Shown: positions 18,093 to 27,577 of the stretch, in pieces
Layout: each line of letters starts with the position of its first letter
Position numbering within the stretch: the stretch's first letter is position 1
Assembly (NCBI GenBank): GCA_018062425.1
Contig: JAGOSH010000001.1
Coordinates: 16,039 to 80,038, forward strand
Direction: 5' to 3'
DNA length: 64,000 nt
Origin: Minisyncoccota bacterium
Lineage (GTDB): Bacteria > Patescibacteriota > Minisyncoccia > Phycocordibacterales > UBA9973
Notes under the pieces: generated by a model
Database searches by the model: none
What the model was told of the DNA's origin: nothing
Seen by the model: the letters and a program-made list of their open reading frames with translations, nothing else
Translations under genes and position numbers: made by a program

Positions 18093-18732
18093 CGCACGCA
18101 CAACTCAAGAGTTCATACCAATCAAAGAAGTCCGTGATGGTGTTGTTGTTTTAAAAGACGGCGGTCTTCGAGCTATCATTCTAGCGAACTCTATTAACCT
18201 TTCTTTGAAATCTGAAGATGAACAGAAGGCTACAATCATGCAGTTTCAATCACTTTTAAATACTTTGGATTTCCCGATCCAGATATCTGTCCAATCTCGT
18301 CGGCTAGACATACGTCCATATTTGCTTTTGCTTGAAAACAGAATGAAGGTTCAAACCGAACCCTTGCTCAAGCTCCAAACCAAAGAATATATGGAGTTTA
18401 TCAAGAACTTTACTGATACCGTCAGCATCATGACCAAAAACTTCTTCATTGTTGTACCTTTCACTCAAACAGCATTACCAACTAGCGGGGGTGGTGATTT
18501 CTTTAGTTTCTTTTCCAAAAAAACAAAGAGCGAACTAACGAAAGTAGCCGAGATGGATTTCGAAGAAAAGCGTTCTCAACTCGAACAGAGGGTGGGGGTA
18601 GTGGAGCAAGGGTTAGCGAGTTGTGGAATCAAATCAATCCAGTTAGGCAGTGAAGAAGTAGTGGAAGCCTTTTACAAAGTTTTTAACCCTGGTGAATCTC
18701 AAGGTAAAATTGACCTTGGAGAAATCAAATAA
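18082..18732 (+). CDS. VirB4/TrbE N-terminal domain, separate ORF (split gene or frameshift)
   Basis: FIPIKEVRDGVVVLKDGGLRAIILANSINLSLKSEDEQKATIMQFQSLLNTLDFPIQI matches the conserved N-terminus of Gram-positive conjugative VirB4 ATPases. It ends 2 nt before the ATPase ORF, which is in a different frame. Confidence 0.55.
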   Translation: MAINARTTQEFIPIKEVRDGVVVLKDGGLRAIILANSINLSLKSEDEQKATIMQFQSLLNTLDFPIQISVQSRRLDIRPYLLLLENRMKVQTEPLLKLQTKEYMEFIKNFTDTVSIMTKNFFIVVPFTQTALPTSGGGDFFSFFSKKTKSELTKVAEMDFEEKRSQLEQRVGVVEQGLASCGIKSIQLGSEEVVEAFYKVFNPGESQGKIDLGEIK

Positions 18733-18734
18733 CA

Positions 18735-20573
18735 ATGGGAATTTTTGATACAATTTTGGGTAAAAAGAAAGAAGAGATTAGTACAACTAATGCTTCTATT
18801 ATGCCGATCTTGCCGGAGGAAATCTATGAATCCGCGACCCTCGAATTACAAGACGTCATAGCACCCTCAGCGCTTAAAATCGAACCGAAATCCATAAACC
18901 TAGGGGAGAAGATCGCTCGTACATTTTTCATCATATCTTATCCTAGGTTTCTATCAGACAACTGGTTCTCGCCGATAGTGAATTTGGACAAAGTATTCGA
19001 TGTCGCTATTTTCGTCCACCCGATCGACACCTCACTAGCGCTACGTCAATTCCAAAAGAAAGTAGCCGAAGTGCAGAGCCAGATAAATGTCCGCGAATCC
19101 CGTGGAGTGGTGCGCGACCCCATGCTCGATACTGCGTACCAAGACCTAGAGTCTCTACGTGACAACCTAATTCAAGCTCAAGAAAAGCTGTTTGATGTTG
19201 GAATCTATATCACTATCTACGCAGACAACGAACTTGAACTCTATAAAATCGAAAATGAAATCAAGTCTATATTGGAATCAAAGTTGGTATATATAAAACC
19301 AGCACTTTTCCAACAAGAAGATGGATTTAAAAGTGTTATTCCGATAGGCACAGACTTTTTGAATATCAACCAGAAATTAAATTCAGAACCGCTTTCAAGT
19401 GTTTTCCCATTCGTTTCTTTCGACTTAACATCTGACAGAGGTATCCTCTACGGTATCAACCGCCACAACTCGTCTTTGGTGATCTTTGATCGTTTCTCTC
19501 TCGAGAACTATAACTCGGTTACTTTTGCCAAGTCAGGTAGTGGTAAAAGTTACGCCACCAAGCTCGAGATATTGCGGTCACTTATGTTCGACGTTGATGT
19601 TATCGTCATAGACCCGGAAAGGGAATATGAATTCTTGTCAGAAGCAGTCGGTGGTAGGTATTTCAACATCTCACTTTCATCCGACCACCACATCAACCCT
19701 TTTGATTTACCAATACCCAGAGAAGACGAAACTCCAGAAGATGTGCTACGTTCAAACATCATCAACCTGGTTGGCTTGTTTCGGTTAATGCTCGGAGGAT
19801 TAACCCCAGAAGAAGACGCTTTGGTTGACCGGGCAATCTCTGAGACTTATGCCATCAAAGATATAACCCCTAACTCCGACTTTGCCAATATTGAACCACC
19901 ACTACTATCAGACTTTGAAATGGTGCTCTCTGGTATGGAAGGGTCCGAATCCGTCGTACAACGTCTGGTTAAATACACTCGTGGATCTTGGTCTACTTTC
20001 ATTAATAGGCCTTCGAACGTTGATATCAACAAGAAGTTTGTAGTCTTTTCGGTGCGAGATATGGAAGACGAATTAAAACCGATCGCCATGTACATCGTAA
20101 CCCACTATATCTGGAATACTATTAGAAAAAACCTAAAGAAACGCTTGTTGGTGGTGGATGAGGCTTGGTGGATGATGAAATCAGAAGATACTGCTTCGTT
20201 TTTGTATTCGTTGGCCAAAAGAGGACGTAAATACTACTTGGGTTTGGCTACTATTACCCAGGACGCCGCAGACTTCATGAAGTCTCCATACGGAGTACCT
20301 ATTATCACCAACTCTTCAATTCAAATACTGCTGAAACAGTCTCCGAGTACTATTGAAATCCTCCAAAAGACATTTAACCTAACTGACGAAGAAAAATACT
20401 TGCTCTTGGAGTCTGGTGTAGGTGAAGGGATATTCTTTGCTGGCTTAAAACACGTTGCCATCAAGATAGTGGCATCTTATACCGAAGACCAAATCATCAC
20501 TTCAGATCCTTCACAAATATTATCAATCAAAAAATCGAAGGATGACCTCGAATCCCTCTCTGGTAAGTCTTAA
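18735..20573 (+). CDS. virB4: VirB4/TrbE/CagE-family type IV secretion ATPase (ATPase domain)
   Basis: Walker A FAKSGSGKSYATK, Walker B LLVVDEAWWMM (the DEAW signature), and ITQD near the C-terminus. Lengths 216+612 sum to about the typical VirB4 length. Confidence 0.8.
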   Translation: MGIFDTILGKKKEEISTTNASIMPILPEEIYESATLELQDVIAPSALKIEPKSINLGEKIARTFFIISYPRFLSDNWFSPIVNLDKVFDVAIFVHPIDTSLALRQFQKKVAEVQSQINVRESRGVVRDPMLDTAYQDLESLRDNLIQAQEKLFDVGIYITIYADNELELYKIENEIKSILESKLVYIKPALFQQEDGFKSVIPIGTDFLNINQKLNSEPLSSVFPFVSFDLTSDRGILYGINRHNSSLVIFDRFSLENYNSVTFAKSGSGKSYATKLEILRSLMFDVDVIVIDPEREYEFLSEAVGGRYFNISLSSDHHINPFDLPIPREDETPEDVLRSNIINLVGLFRLMLGGLTPEEDALVDRAISETYAIKDITPNSDFANIEPPLLSDFEMVLSGMEGSESVVQRLVKYTRGSWSTFINRPSNVDINKKFVVFSVRDMEDELKPIAMYIVTHYIWNTIRKNLKKRLLVVDEAWWMMKSEDTASFLYSLAKRGRKYYLGLATITQDAADFMKSPYGVPIITNSSIQILLKQSPSTIEILQKTFNLTDEEKYLLLESGVGEGIFFAGLKHVAIKIVASYTEDQIITSDPSQILSIKKSKDDLESLSGKS

Positions 20574-20596
20574 AAGATGATATAATAATTGAGAGT

Positions 20597-21601
20597 ATGT
20601 TAAAGTCACATTTTTTCTTAAAAACAATTCTTGCGATCGTTTTCTTAGCTTTGGTTTTCTTTCTGCCTTTTTCTACCACCCGAGCCCAAGTACAAGAAAC
20701 TGATGTTTCGATCGGAGTGAATCCAACCTACCCAAAACCAGGGGAGAGTGTGGTTGTGACTTTAAACAGTTTTACCGTCAAACTAGACAAAGCTTTTATT
20801 ATTTGGTCGGTGAACGGTGTTGAACGCGCCAATGGCGTCGGCAAGAAAAGTTTTTCTTTTAATCTCGATCCTTTCAGTTCAAAAACACAGGTTTCTGCTT
20901 CTGTATCAAACGTGGCTGGTGATACTATCACTAAAAATATTTTCATAAACTCAGTAGATGTGGATGTACTTTGGGAAGCGGTAGATTCGTATGTTCCACC
21001 TTTTTATCGCGGTAAAGCACTCGGTGTCCGTGAAGGTAATTTCAAAATTGTGGTTATTCCAAATATTATTTCCTCTCGTGGAAAACTAAGCCCAGGTAAC
21101 CTTTCTTATAACTGGAAAAAGGACGGGGCTGTTCAGGTTTCAGTCTCTGGTTTTGGTAAAGATTCTTTTGTTTACAAAAATAGTTACCTGGACGAAAGCA
21201 ACGAAATACAAGTCGAGATATCTGACGTTGAAAGCAAAACCAAAACTGGTAGCAAGATCACCATACCAACCCTATCTAAACCGGAAATATTTTTCTATCG
21301 CAGAGACCCAAAGCTCGGACTAGCCCTTGAAAAAACAATTGTAGACGGATACTCTCTAGGAGAAACTCCTGAAACTATCGTTGCAGTACCATACTTTTTC
21401 TCACCCAAAAACCTAAATTCTCAAATACTTAGTTTTAATTGGTCATCTGGAGGAGAGGGTATAAAACCAAACCGAAACAGAAACGAGGTCACAGTAGTTG
21501 CACCAAAAGGTAGCAGTGGTGGCACAGAGCTAAAAGTGGTGATTGAAAACAAAGGTAGTTTATTCCAAACTTTAGAGAAAAAATTAAATGTTACTTTTTA
21601 A
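20597..21601 (+). CDS. hypothetical secreted beta-rich protein
   Basis: Signal peptide followed by repeated Ig-like beta segments. Confidence 0.5.
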   Translation: MLKSHFFLKTILAIVFLALVFFLPFSTTRAQVQETDVSIGVNPTYPKPGESVVVTLNSFTVKLDKAFIIWSVNGVERANGVGKKSFSFNLDPFSSKTQVSASVSNVAGDTITKNIFINSVDVDVLWEAVDSYVPPFYRGKALGVREGNFKIVVIPNIISSRGKLSPGNLSYNWKKDGAVQVSVSGFGKDSFVYKNSYLDESNEIQVEISDVESKTKTGSKITIPTLSKPEIFFYRRDPKLGLALEKTIVDGYSLGETPETIVAVPYFFSPKNLNSQILSFNWSSGGEGIKPNRNRNEVTVVAPKGSSGGTELKVVIENKGSLFQTLEKKLNVTF

Positions 21602-22583
21602 AACAAAAAAAATAATCAGCTTGGCTTTGTTGGTTTTCATGCTTTTTGCTTTTTCTTTCTCTTTGGTTGGAGCTCAGGATCCTGATCCAACCACTCTCAC
21701 AGACACACAAAACCAAGGAGGTGACACTACGAGTACTTACAAACTGCTTGAGCCATTGGGTACACCAAACGGCAACCTGACCGAATTCACCACTGGTGAC
21801 CCGTGTCCGTTTGTGCGTTATTTGAACATTGTTATAGAAATATTCCTTGGGATATGTGCAGTGCTCGCGATGATTATGATCATCGGTGGGGGATTTGAAT
21901 ATGTAACTAGCGAGCTTCCATCTGCTAAAGGTAACGGTAAAGCAAGAATAACCAACGCAGTTTTTGGTTTCATTATCGCCCTAGCTGGTTATGTGCTTTT
22001 GAACACAGTGAACCCCAAACTCCTAGACCTTTGTCCGAAAATACCCCAAGCAGTTTTAACTGTAGGCCCAGATGCTGGTGACGGTACTGTGGATTCAAAT
22101 TGTGCCGCGGGAAATGCTACGTATGACACGAGTGTTCCTATGACAGCAGCTCTTGGTCCTGCAATTGAAAAACTACAAAATGGGTGGACAATTTCTAAAA
22201 TAAACGTCTATTCAAATGGAAGCGTACAAATTGATTTAATGAAGGATGGACAACTTGATAATAGTACCTTTATTGGAATGTCACCTGGATTAAACGGTTT
22301 TGCTCCTCTTGGAACAGCAGTATCTGGAGACAAGAAAACACCTCTTGGAGACTTCTTTATAAACGGTATTAACTATACTCCAGGTAAAGCTCAGTGTAGC
22401 CAAACAGGATCTAATATGGGAGCCGCTTTTTGGAACCTAGGTCCAATGACTAGGGGTATTGGTATTCACGGTAACGCAACTGGTACACTGTCTAATACAA
22501 ATGGATGTGTTCGTCTTACAAATGCAGACATTTTAGCATTACAACCTTATATACATAACGGTATCCCGGTAATAATTCAATAA
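21588..22583 (+). CDS. VirB2/TrbC-like two-helix membrane protein fused to a C-terminal L,D-transpeptidase (YkuD) domain
   Basis: Signal peptide, then two hydrophobic helices separated by a short loop (IVIEIFLGICAVLAMIMIIGGG ... AVFGFIIALAGYVLL). The C-terminal IHGNATGTLSNTNGCVRLTNADILAL matches the YkuD catalytic His/Cys motif. Confidence 0.6.
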   Translation: MLLFKTKKIISLALLVFMLFAFSFSLVGAQDPDPTTLTDTQNQGGDTTSTYKLLEPLGTPNGNLTEFTTGDPCPFVRYLNIVIEIFLGICAVLAMIMIIGGGFEYVTSELPSAKGNGKARITNAVFGFIIALAGYVLLNTVNPKLLDLCPKIPQAVLTVGPDAGDGTVDSNCAAGNATYDTSVPMTAALGPAIEKLQNGWTISKINVYSNGSVQIDLMKDGQLDNSTFIGMSPGLNGFAPLGTAVSGDKKTPLGDFFINGINYTPGKAQCSQTGSNMGAAFWNLGPMTRGIGIHGNATGTLSNTNGCVRLTNADILALQPYIHNGIPVIIQ

Positions 22584-22588
22584 AATTT

Positions 22589-23941
22589 ATGTCCAAAAGA
22601 AATATTATACTTTTATTTATACTTCTCGTGATTCTAGCTCTTGTGGCTATGGTATCTAGAGCTCCGAAGCTTGAAGTGGAAACTGATTCTGGGAATTCTG
22701 GAAACAATTTTTTCAGTAACTTTTTTAGGTTTCCAGGACAAGGGAACAAAAATCCCTCCACTGGTGGAGGCAAAACAACTGGCACAGACACAGCTGACAA
22801 TGAATACGTAGTAGAGGAAATGCTTTCTTTACGTAAAGTTTCTTCTATGCCGGTAGCTGGTTTCGGAGTATTCGACAAAGAAATCTACACTTACGTAACA
22901 GCACCAGAAAAACCAGCCGATGTGCCTGAATCAGAAGACAAAACAACACCAAATACCAAAACACCGAAAACTGTGCCTGTAGCCCCAGAGACAGAGTTTC
23001 AGACCACTGTACGCTATGTGGACAAGGGTACTGGCAACATCTACCAAAGCGAAGCAGGCAAGGTTGATGAAAGAAAATTCTCAGAAATAATAATGCCTGG
23101 AATTGCTGAAGCATTCTTTGGTAAAAAAGGATCTGCTGTAATACTGCGATACCTACAACCAAACACTGAAATCATTGAGACTTTTATTCGAGAATTTCCA
23201 GAAGAAGTATTGGGTGCCGATGTGAGTTCAGAAGGAGAGGTGACTGGAAACTTTTTACCGCAAAACATTGTTGATGTTTCTGTCTCCGGAGATGGGGAAA
23301 GTGTCTTTTATATATCCAATATCAAATCAGTTGCCTATGGTGTGGTGACCAATACCTCTGGTGCTAACAAAACCCAAGTATTTACATCACCCTATACCGA
23401 ATGGTTGGCCCAGTGGCCTAACAAAAGTCTTATAACAGTAACCACTAAACCTGCTTCAGGTATACCTGGTTTCGTGTATGGCATTAATCCAAACATGAAA
23501 GATTTTAATAAAATTATGGGTGGGGTGAATGGTTTAACCACCTTGACGAGTCCTAACGGTAAATTAGTTTTATTTGGCGACGATCGATTAAATCTATCTA
23601 TCCTAAACCGTGAAACAGGGGAGTCTAAAAACACAAATCTGAGGACCTTGCCAGAGAAATGTGTTTGGGGTTACGACAATGAAGTGGTTTTCTGTGGTGT
23701 TCCTCAATTCACTCCTTTTGGTAACTATCCAGACTCGTGGTACAAAGGACAAACCTCTTTTGCCGATAGCATCTGGCAAATATCTGTAAATGATATTGGT
23801 AACAACCAAGTAATATCGAACCCTATAACCGAAGTGAGCGAGAGTTTGGATGTTATTCGTCCAACTTTGAGTACCGACGGAAAATACTTATTTTTCATAA
23901 ACAAAAAAAGCCCCTATCTATGGGAGCTTCGATTGAAGTAA
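22589..23941 (+). CDS. hypothetical membrane-anchored protein, possibly beta-propeller-like
   Basis: N-terminal TM helix, a Gly/Thr linker and a beta-rich C-terminal region. Confidence 0.45.
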   Translation: MSKRNIILLFILLVILALVAMVSRAPKLEVETDSGNSGNNFFSNFFRFPGQGNKNPSTGGGKTTGTDTADNEYVVEEMLSLRKVSSMPVAGFGVFDKEIYTYVTAPEKPADVPESEDKTTPNTKTPKTVPVAPETEFQTTVRYVDKGTGNIYQSEAGKVDERKFSEIIMPGIAEAFFGKKGSAVILRYLQPNTEIIETFIREFPEEVLGADVSSEGEVTGNFLPQNIVDVSVSGDGESVFYISNIKSVAYGVVTNTSGANKTQVFTSPYTEWLAQWPNKSLITVTTKPASGIPGFVYGINPNMKDFNKIMGGVNGLTTLTSPNGKLVLFGDDRLNLSILNRETGESKNTNLRTLPEKCVWGYDNEVVFCGVPQFTPFGNYPDSWYKGQTSFADSIWQISVNDIGNNQVISNPITEVSESLDVIRPTLSTDGKYLFFINKKSPYLWELRLK

Positions 23942-23950
23942 ACTTTAAAA

Positions 23951-24436
23951 CTAAAATCCTCCAGTGTATTTAATCACAACTCTACGGGTCCTACCCATAC
24001 CGTCTGATTCTGTTTTCAAATCTGTAGCATCAGACAACAACTCATGCACAAGGCGTCTTTCGTAAGCAGACATTGGTTCTAATTCCACACTTGATTTAAA
24101 ATAACGAGCTCTCTCTGCCATCATGTGTACAAGGCTTCGAAGAGCTTCTATTTTTTTCTTTTGAAACCCGTTCATGTCCACCACCAAACCAACCTCCTCT
24201 GGAGATTCTGGGTTAGCTTTTTTCTTTTCTACTATTCGTCTGACGATATGATTTAGCGCGCTTAAACCTTCTCCTTCGTGAGTTAAAAATGAGTGCGCAT
24301 TTGAAATCTCAACCGAGAAACACCTATTGCCAAGCTTTTCATCCAACACGCATTCAGTAACCGAAACATCACCAGAGACTAATTTTGTCTTCTCGAGTAG
24401 TTCTTTTATTAGGTTTTGGATTTCTGTTTTATCCAT
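23951..24436 (-). CDS. jag: Jag/KhpB RNA-binding protein (KH + R3H domains)
   Basis: The R3H motif AYERRLVHELL, and it lies downstream of yidC as in the conserved locus. Confidence 0.75.
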   Translation of the reverse strand: MDKTEIQNLIKELLEKTKLVSGDVSVTECVLDEKLGNRCFSVEISNAHSFLTHEGEGLSALNHIVRRIVEKKKANPESPEEVGLVVDMNGFQKKKIEALRSLVHMMAERARYFKSSVELEPMSAYERRLVHELLSDATDLKTESDGMGRTRRVVIKYTGGF

Positions 24437-24437
24437 A

Positions 24438-25154
24438 TTATTTGGTTTGTGTTGCGTGCCTGCGTGCTAGGTAAATCTGTTGTAGAGTAGCAAAAATATT
24501 ACTGATAAACAAGTACAAAGCTATTGCTCCGGAGATGCTGTAGGCGATGAACCCTAGGATTATTGGGAAAACGTATTTCATTTGAATTTGTAAGCTTTTC
24601 TGGAAGCTCTCACCGAAAGTACCTTTGTTGTTGGTTTGTGGTGGTTTTGGCATAAAATACGCTTGTATAAACTGCGAGACGCCTGCCAAGATAGCTAAAG
24701 GCAAACTCTTGCTGTTCATATCTAAAAATCCCAAGAACATGCTGTTTATCTTCTCAGGGTTAGGGGTGAAGGTATACAGAATATCACTATTAAAGTTAAT
24801 TCCTCGGTAAAAAGAATAGTATAAAGCGAAAATGATTGGAATTTGTATTAAAACAAGCAGACACCCAGAAAAAGGATTGGTTTTGTTTTGTTTATATAGT
24901 TCGAAGGTTAAACGAGCTTGTTCTTCTTTGCTTTTACCAGAGGCCTTAATTTTCTCAATTTCTGGTTGAATTAAAGCCATTTTGGCTTGGCTTTTGATTG
25001 ATTTACTAGCAAGTGGCATTAGGACTACTTTTACTAGAACAGTAAGTAAAATAATCGCCAAACCAACATCACCTCCAGGAATTACAGACACAAAAAAAGC
25101 GAGTAGGTTTACGAGTGGTTTATAAAGTAGGGTTTCCCAAAGACTATGTAACAT
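24438..25154 (-). CDS. yidC: membrane protein insertase YidC (short, Gram-positive type)
   Basis: Multi-TM protein with MLHSLWETL and LVKVVLMPL, sitting in the conserved rnpA-yidD-yidC-jag locus. Confidence 0.85.
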   Translation of the reverse strand: MLHSLWETLLYKPLVNLLAFFVSVIPGGDVGLAIILLTVLVKVVLMPLASKSIKSQAKMALIQPEIEKIKASGKSKEEQARLTFELYKQNKTNPFSGCLLVLIQIPIIFALYYSFYRGINFNSDILYTFTPNPEKINSMFLGFLDMNSKSLPLAILAGVSQFIQAYFMPKPPQTNNKGTFGESFQKSLQIQMKYVFPIILGFIAYSISGAIALYLFISNIFATLQQIYLARRHATQTK

Positions 25155-25200
25155 GGAGACATTCTATACCAAAAACCCGAAAAATCAAAACGTAAAAAAC

Positions 25201-25410
25201 CTAGGGTAAATTATCTATATGATTCTTCTGCCATGGATGGCAACGTAAAATACGCCTAAAACCCAAATATAACCCTTTTAGGGAACCATATTTGTTTATG
25301 GCGCTCTTGGTGTACTCTGAACAGGTGGGGTAAAACACACAAGATCCATTTTTGAGCGGACTTATGTATTTTTGATATAAATCAATTAATTTTATTAAAA
25401 ATTTTTTCAA
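25201..25410 (-). CDS. yidD: membrane protein insertion efficiency factor YidD
   Basis: YQKYISPLKNGSCVFYPTCSEYTKSAINKYG is the YidD signature. Confidence 0.8.
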   Translation of the reverse strand: MKKFLIKLIDLYQKYISPLKNGSCVFYPTCSEYTKSAINKYGSLKGLYLGFRRILRCHPWQKNHIDNLP

Positions 25411-25708
25411 ATTCGTTTTGTAGGTTACTTTTTGATACTTCTTTTTGTTTCAATGTGAAAACCCCTTCAAAACCATGAGGTAGTTTATGGAAAAAGGGGA
25501 GAATAGCGTTATACCCCATTCTTTTAAGGCTATTTCTCCTGTTTGCTAGTTTCTCAACCTTTTTAGGGACTATAAAAGACACCTTTTTGGGCTTATTTTC
25601 TTCGTTTTTGGTGTATTTTAAGAAGAAAAATGGGTTAGAAAAAACAGAGCCCTTTTTAAACAAGCTCTCTATTTCTTGTTTTGTGGCTCTGTTTTTCTTT
25701 GGTAGCAT
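25382..25708 (-). CDS. rnpA: ribonuclease P protein component RnpA
   Basis: A small basic protein between rpmH and yidD, starting MLPKKNRATKQEIESLFKKG. Confidence 0.7.
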   Translation of the reverse strand: MLPKKNRATKQEIESLFKKGSVFSNPFFFLKYTKNEENKPKKVSFIVPKKVEKLANRRNSLKRMGYNAILPFFHKLPHGFEGVFTLKQKEVSKSNLQNEFEKIFNKIN

Positions 25709-25715
25709 TTAACCT

Positions 25716-25865
25716 TTATGAAACCTTCTTTTTTACTGCGAGTTTTGCTCTACCTTTCCTTCGGCGTCGCAAAAGAACCTTTTGTCCATTCTTGGTCTTG
25801 GTTCTAACCAAGAAACCGTGGGTTTTGGCTCTTTTTCGCTTTTTAGGGTTGTATGTTTGAGACAT
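25716..25865 (-). CDS. rpmH: 50S ribosomal protein L34
   Basis: [42 protein letters not shown] is the L34 signature. The start is trimmed to the internal ATG (its reverse-complement 'cat' is at 25863-25865). Confidence 0.85.
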   Translation of the reverse strand: MSQTYNPKKRKRAKTHGFLVRTKTKNGQKVLLRRRRKGRAKLAVKKKVS

Positions 25866-26004
25866 GCTAGGAGTATATGGCAAAATATAGTTAAAGTCAA
25901 AATTTTCAAATTTAGTGTTTTGGTTTATTAACATCTTTTCAACAGGGTTCCCAACTTTTTTTGGTTTGTGGATACATAGGCAAACTAGTATAATTTGACC
26001 CATA
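25866..26004. promoter_or_regulatory. rpmH-dnaA divergent intergenic region with a DnaA-box-like site
   Basis: TGTGGATAC at 25967-25975, the reverse complement of GTATCCACA and an 8/9 match to the TTATCCACA consensus. The region is AT-rich. Confidence 0.45.
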
Positions 26005-27351
26005 ATGGATACCAAACAACTTTGGAAGAATTGCTTATCTGAGATTGAATTGTCTGTTTCGAAAGCTAATTTCAGTACCTGGTTTAAAAACACCAGTATA
26101 GTTAAAGAAGACGGGGGAGTGGTTTATATTGGGGTGCCAAATGAATTCGTTAGGGATTGGTTAAAAAATAAATACCACAAACTTATTTCAAAGGTTATCG
26201 CTGATACTTTTGAAACCATGCGTGCGGTTGAATATATCATCAGCAAAGCTGATACCTCTAAACCTGAAGTGGTTTCAGTGACTATTGAAAGCAATACCAC
26301 TCAAGAACTACCTTTAAAAGACTTATATGTGAACCCAGATGATAATTTAAACCCTCGGTACCGTTTTGATTCTTTTATTGTTGGTGGTTTCAATGAACTC
26401 GCTTATGCTGCTGCTCAGGCAATAGTTGATTCTCCTGGTACAAAATACAACCCTTTCTTTGTTTACGGCAATACCGGTCTTGGTAAAACACACCTACTCC
26501 AAGCAGTAGGGCATGGTATTCGAGAAAAATACCAAAACAAAAAGGTTTACTACTTAACCTTAGAAAAATTTGCGACTGATTTTATAAACTCCTTACAAAG
26601 CAACAAAGCAAACTCTTTTAAAGAAAAGTATCGCAAGTACGACTTGCTGATTATTGACGATATTCAGTTTATCGGCAAAATGGAGAAAATCCAAGAAGAA
26701 TTATTCCACACCTTCAATACTTTCTATGAAAACAACAAGCAAATCATCTTTTCCTCTGACAAACACCCAAACTACATCCCAGAGCTCGCAGATCGTTTAA
26801 AATCTAGGTTTGCAGCGGGTATGATAGTGGATGTCTCTGAGCCTGAATACGAATCTAGGCTCGCTATACTAAAATTCAAGATGGGTGACCAAGGAGTTGA
26901 TCTTGATCCAGATAGTCTGGATTATATCGCTTCTTCGGTTCATGGAAACATCCGAGAATTAGAGGGTTCTTTGAACTCTATTGCTTGCCAAGCAAAACTA
27001 AAAGGTAAACCTCTTTCTTTGGTTGAGATAAAAAATATTCTCAAAAACAATATCAAACCAAAAAGGAATGTAGCTATTAAAGACGTGGTTAAAGTTGTTA
27101 GTGACCACTACAACATCGAAGAAATGGCTGTTTACGACAAAACCAGAAGAAAAGAGATTGTTAGAGCTCGCCAACTTATTATGTACATTCTAAGAGAAGA
27201 TTTTAATGTTTCTTATCCTTTGATTGGGCAGAAACTTGGAGGAAAAGATCACACCACAGTTATACACTCATATTTAAAAATAAAAGAGGATTTAAAAAAC
27301 GATCCACAATTATTACAGGAGTTGGAACAGATTCGTATTATGTTTAAATAG
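26005..27351 (+). CDS. dnaA: chromosomal replication initiator protein DnaA
   Basis: Walker [12 protein letters not shown], the LLIIDDIQF box and a C-terminal DNA-binding domain. Confidence 0.95.
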   Translation: MDTKQLWKNCLSEIELSVSKANFSTWFKNTSIVKEDGGVVYIGVPNEFVRDWLKNKYHKLISKVIADTFETMRAVEYIISKADTSKPEVVSVTIESNTTQELPLKDLYVNPDDNLNPRYRFDSFIVGGFNELAYAAAQAIVDSPGTKYNPFFVYGNTGLGKTHLLQAVGHGIREKYQNKKVYYLTLEKFATDFINSLQSNKANSFKEKYRKYDLLIIDDIQFIGKMEKIQEELFHTFNTFYENNKQIIFSSDKHPNYIPELADRLKSRFAAGMIVDVSEPEYESRLAILKFKMGDQGVDLDPDSLDYIASSVHGNIRELEGSLNSIACQAKLKGKPLSLVEIKNILKNNIKPKRNVAIKDVVKVVSDHYNIEEMAVYDKTRRKEIVRARQLIMYILREDFNVSYPLIGQKLGGKDHTTVIHSYLKIKEDLKNDPQLLQELEQIRIMFK

Positions 27352-27577
27352 CTGTTTATAAGTATGTGTATAATGTTTTATTCAGAGTTAATTTAAAGTG
27401 AGTAAACAAGGGTTTAGTTTAGGATTTCAAAAGTAGTGTGTATAAGTATGACAAGATATTAAGTACCAATGAAAAGCATTTTCCAAAAATACTTATACTG
27501 AGCTTCACAGTTTTAGTTATCCACTTATCAACAAGACTAATAGTATTAATAGATTAAATATATAAAATATAAACACA
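27352..27577. promoter_or_regulatory. candidate oriC (dnaA-dnaN intergenic) with a cluster of DnaA-box-like 9-mers
   Basis: TTATCCACT at 27517-27525, TTATCAACA at 27525-27533, and TGTGTATAA at 27365-27373 and 27437-27445. The region is very AT-rich. Confidence 0.55.

Noticed and set aside
25866-26093. A long N-terminal extension fused to rpmH (the 125-aa ORF)
   Set aside because: L34 is a conserved ~45-aa protein, and the extension would run into the dnaA coding start on the other strand.
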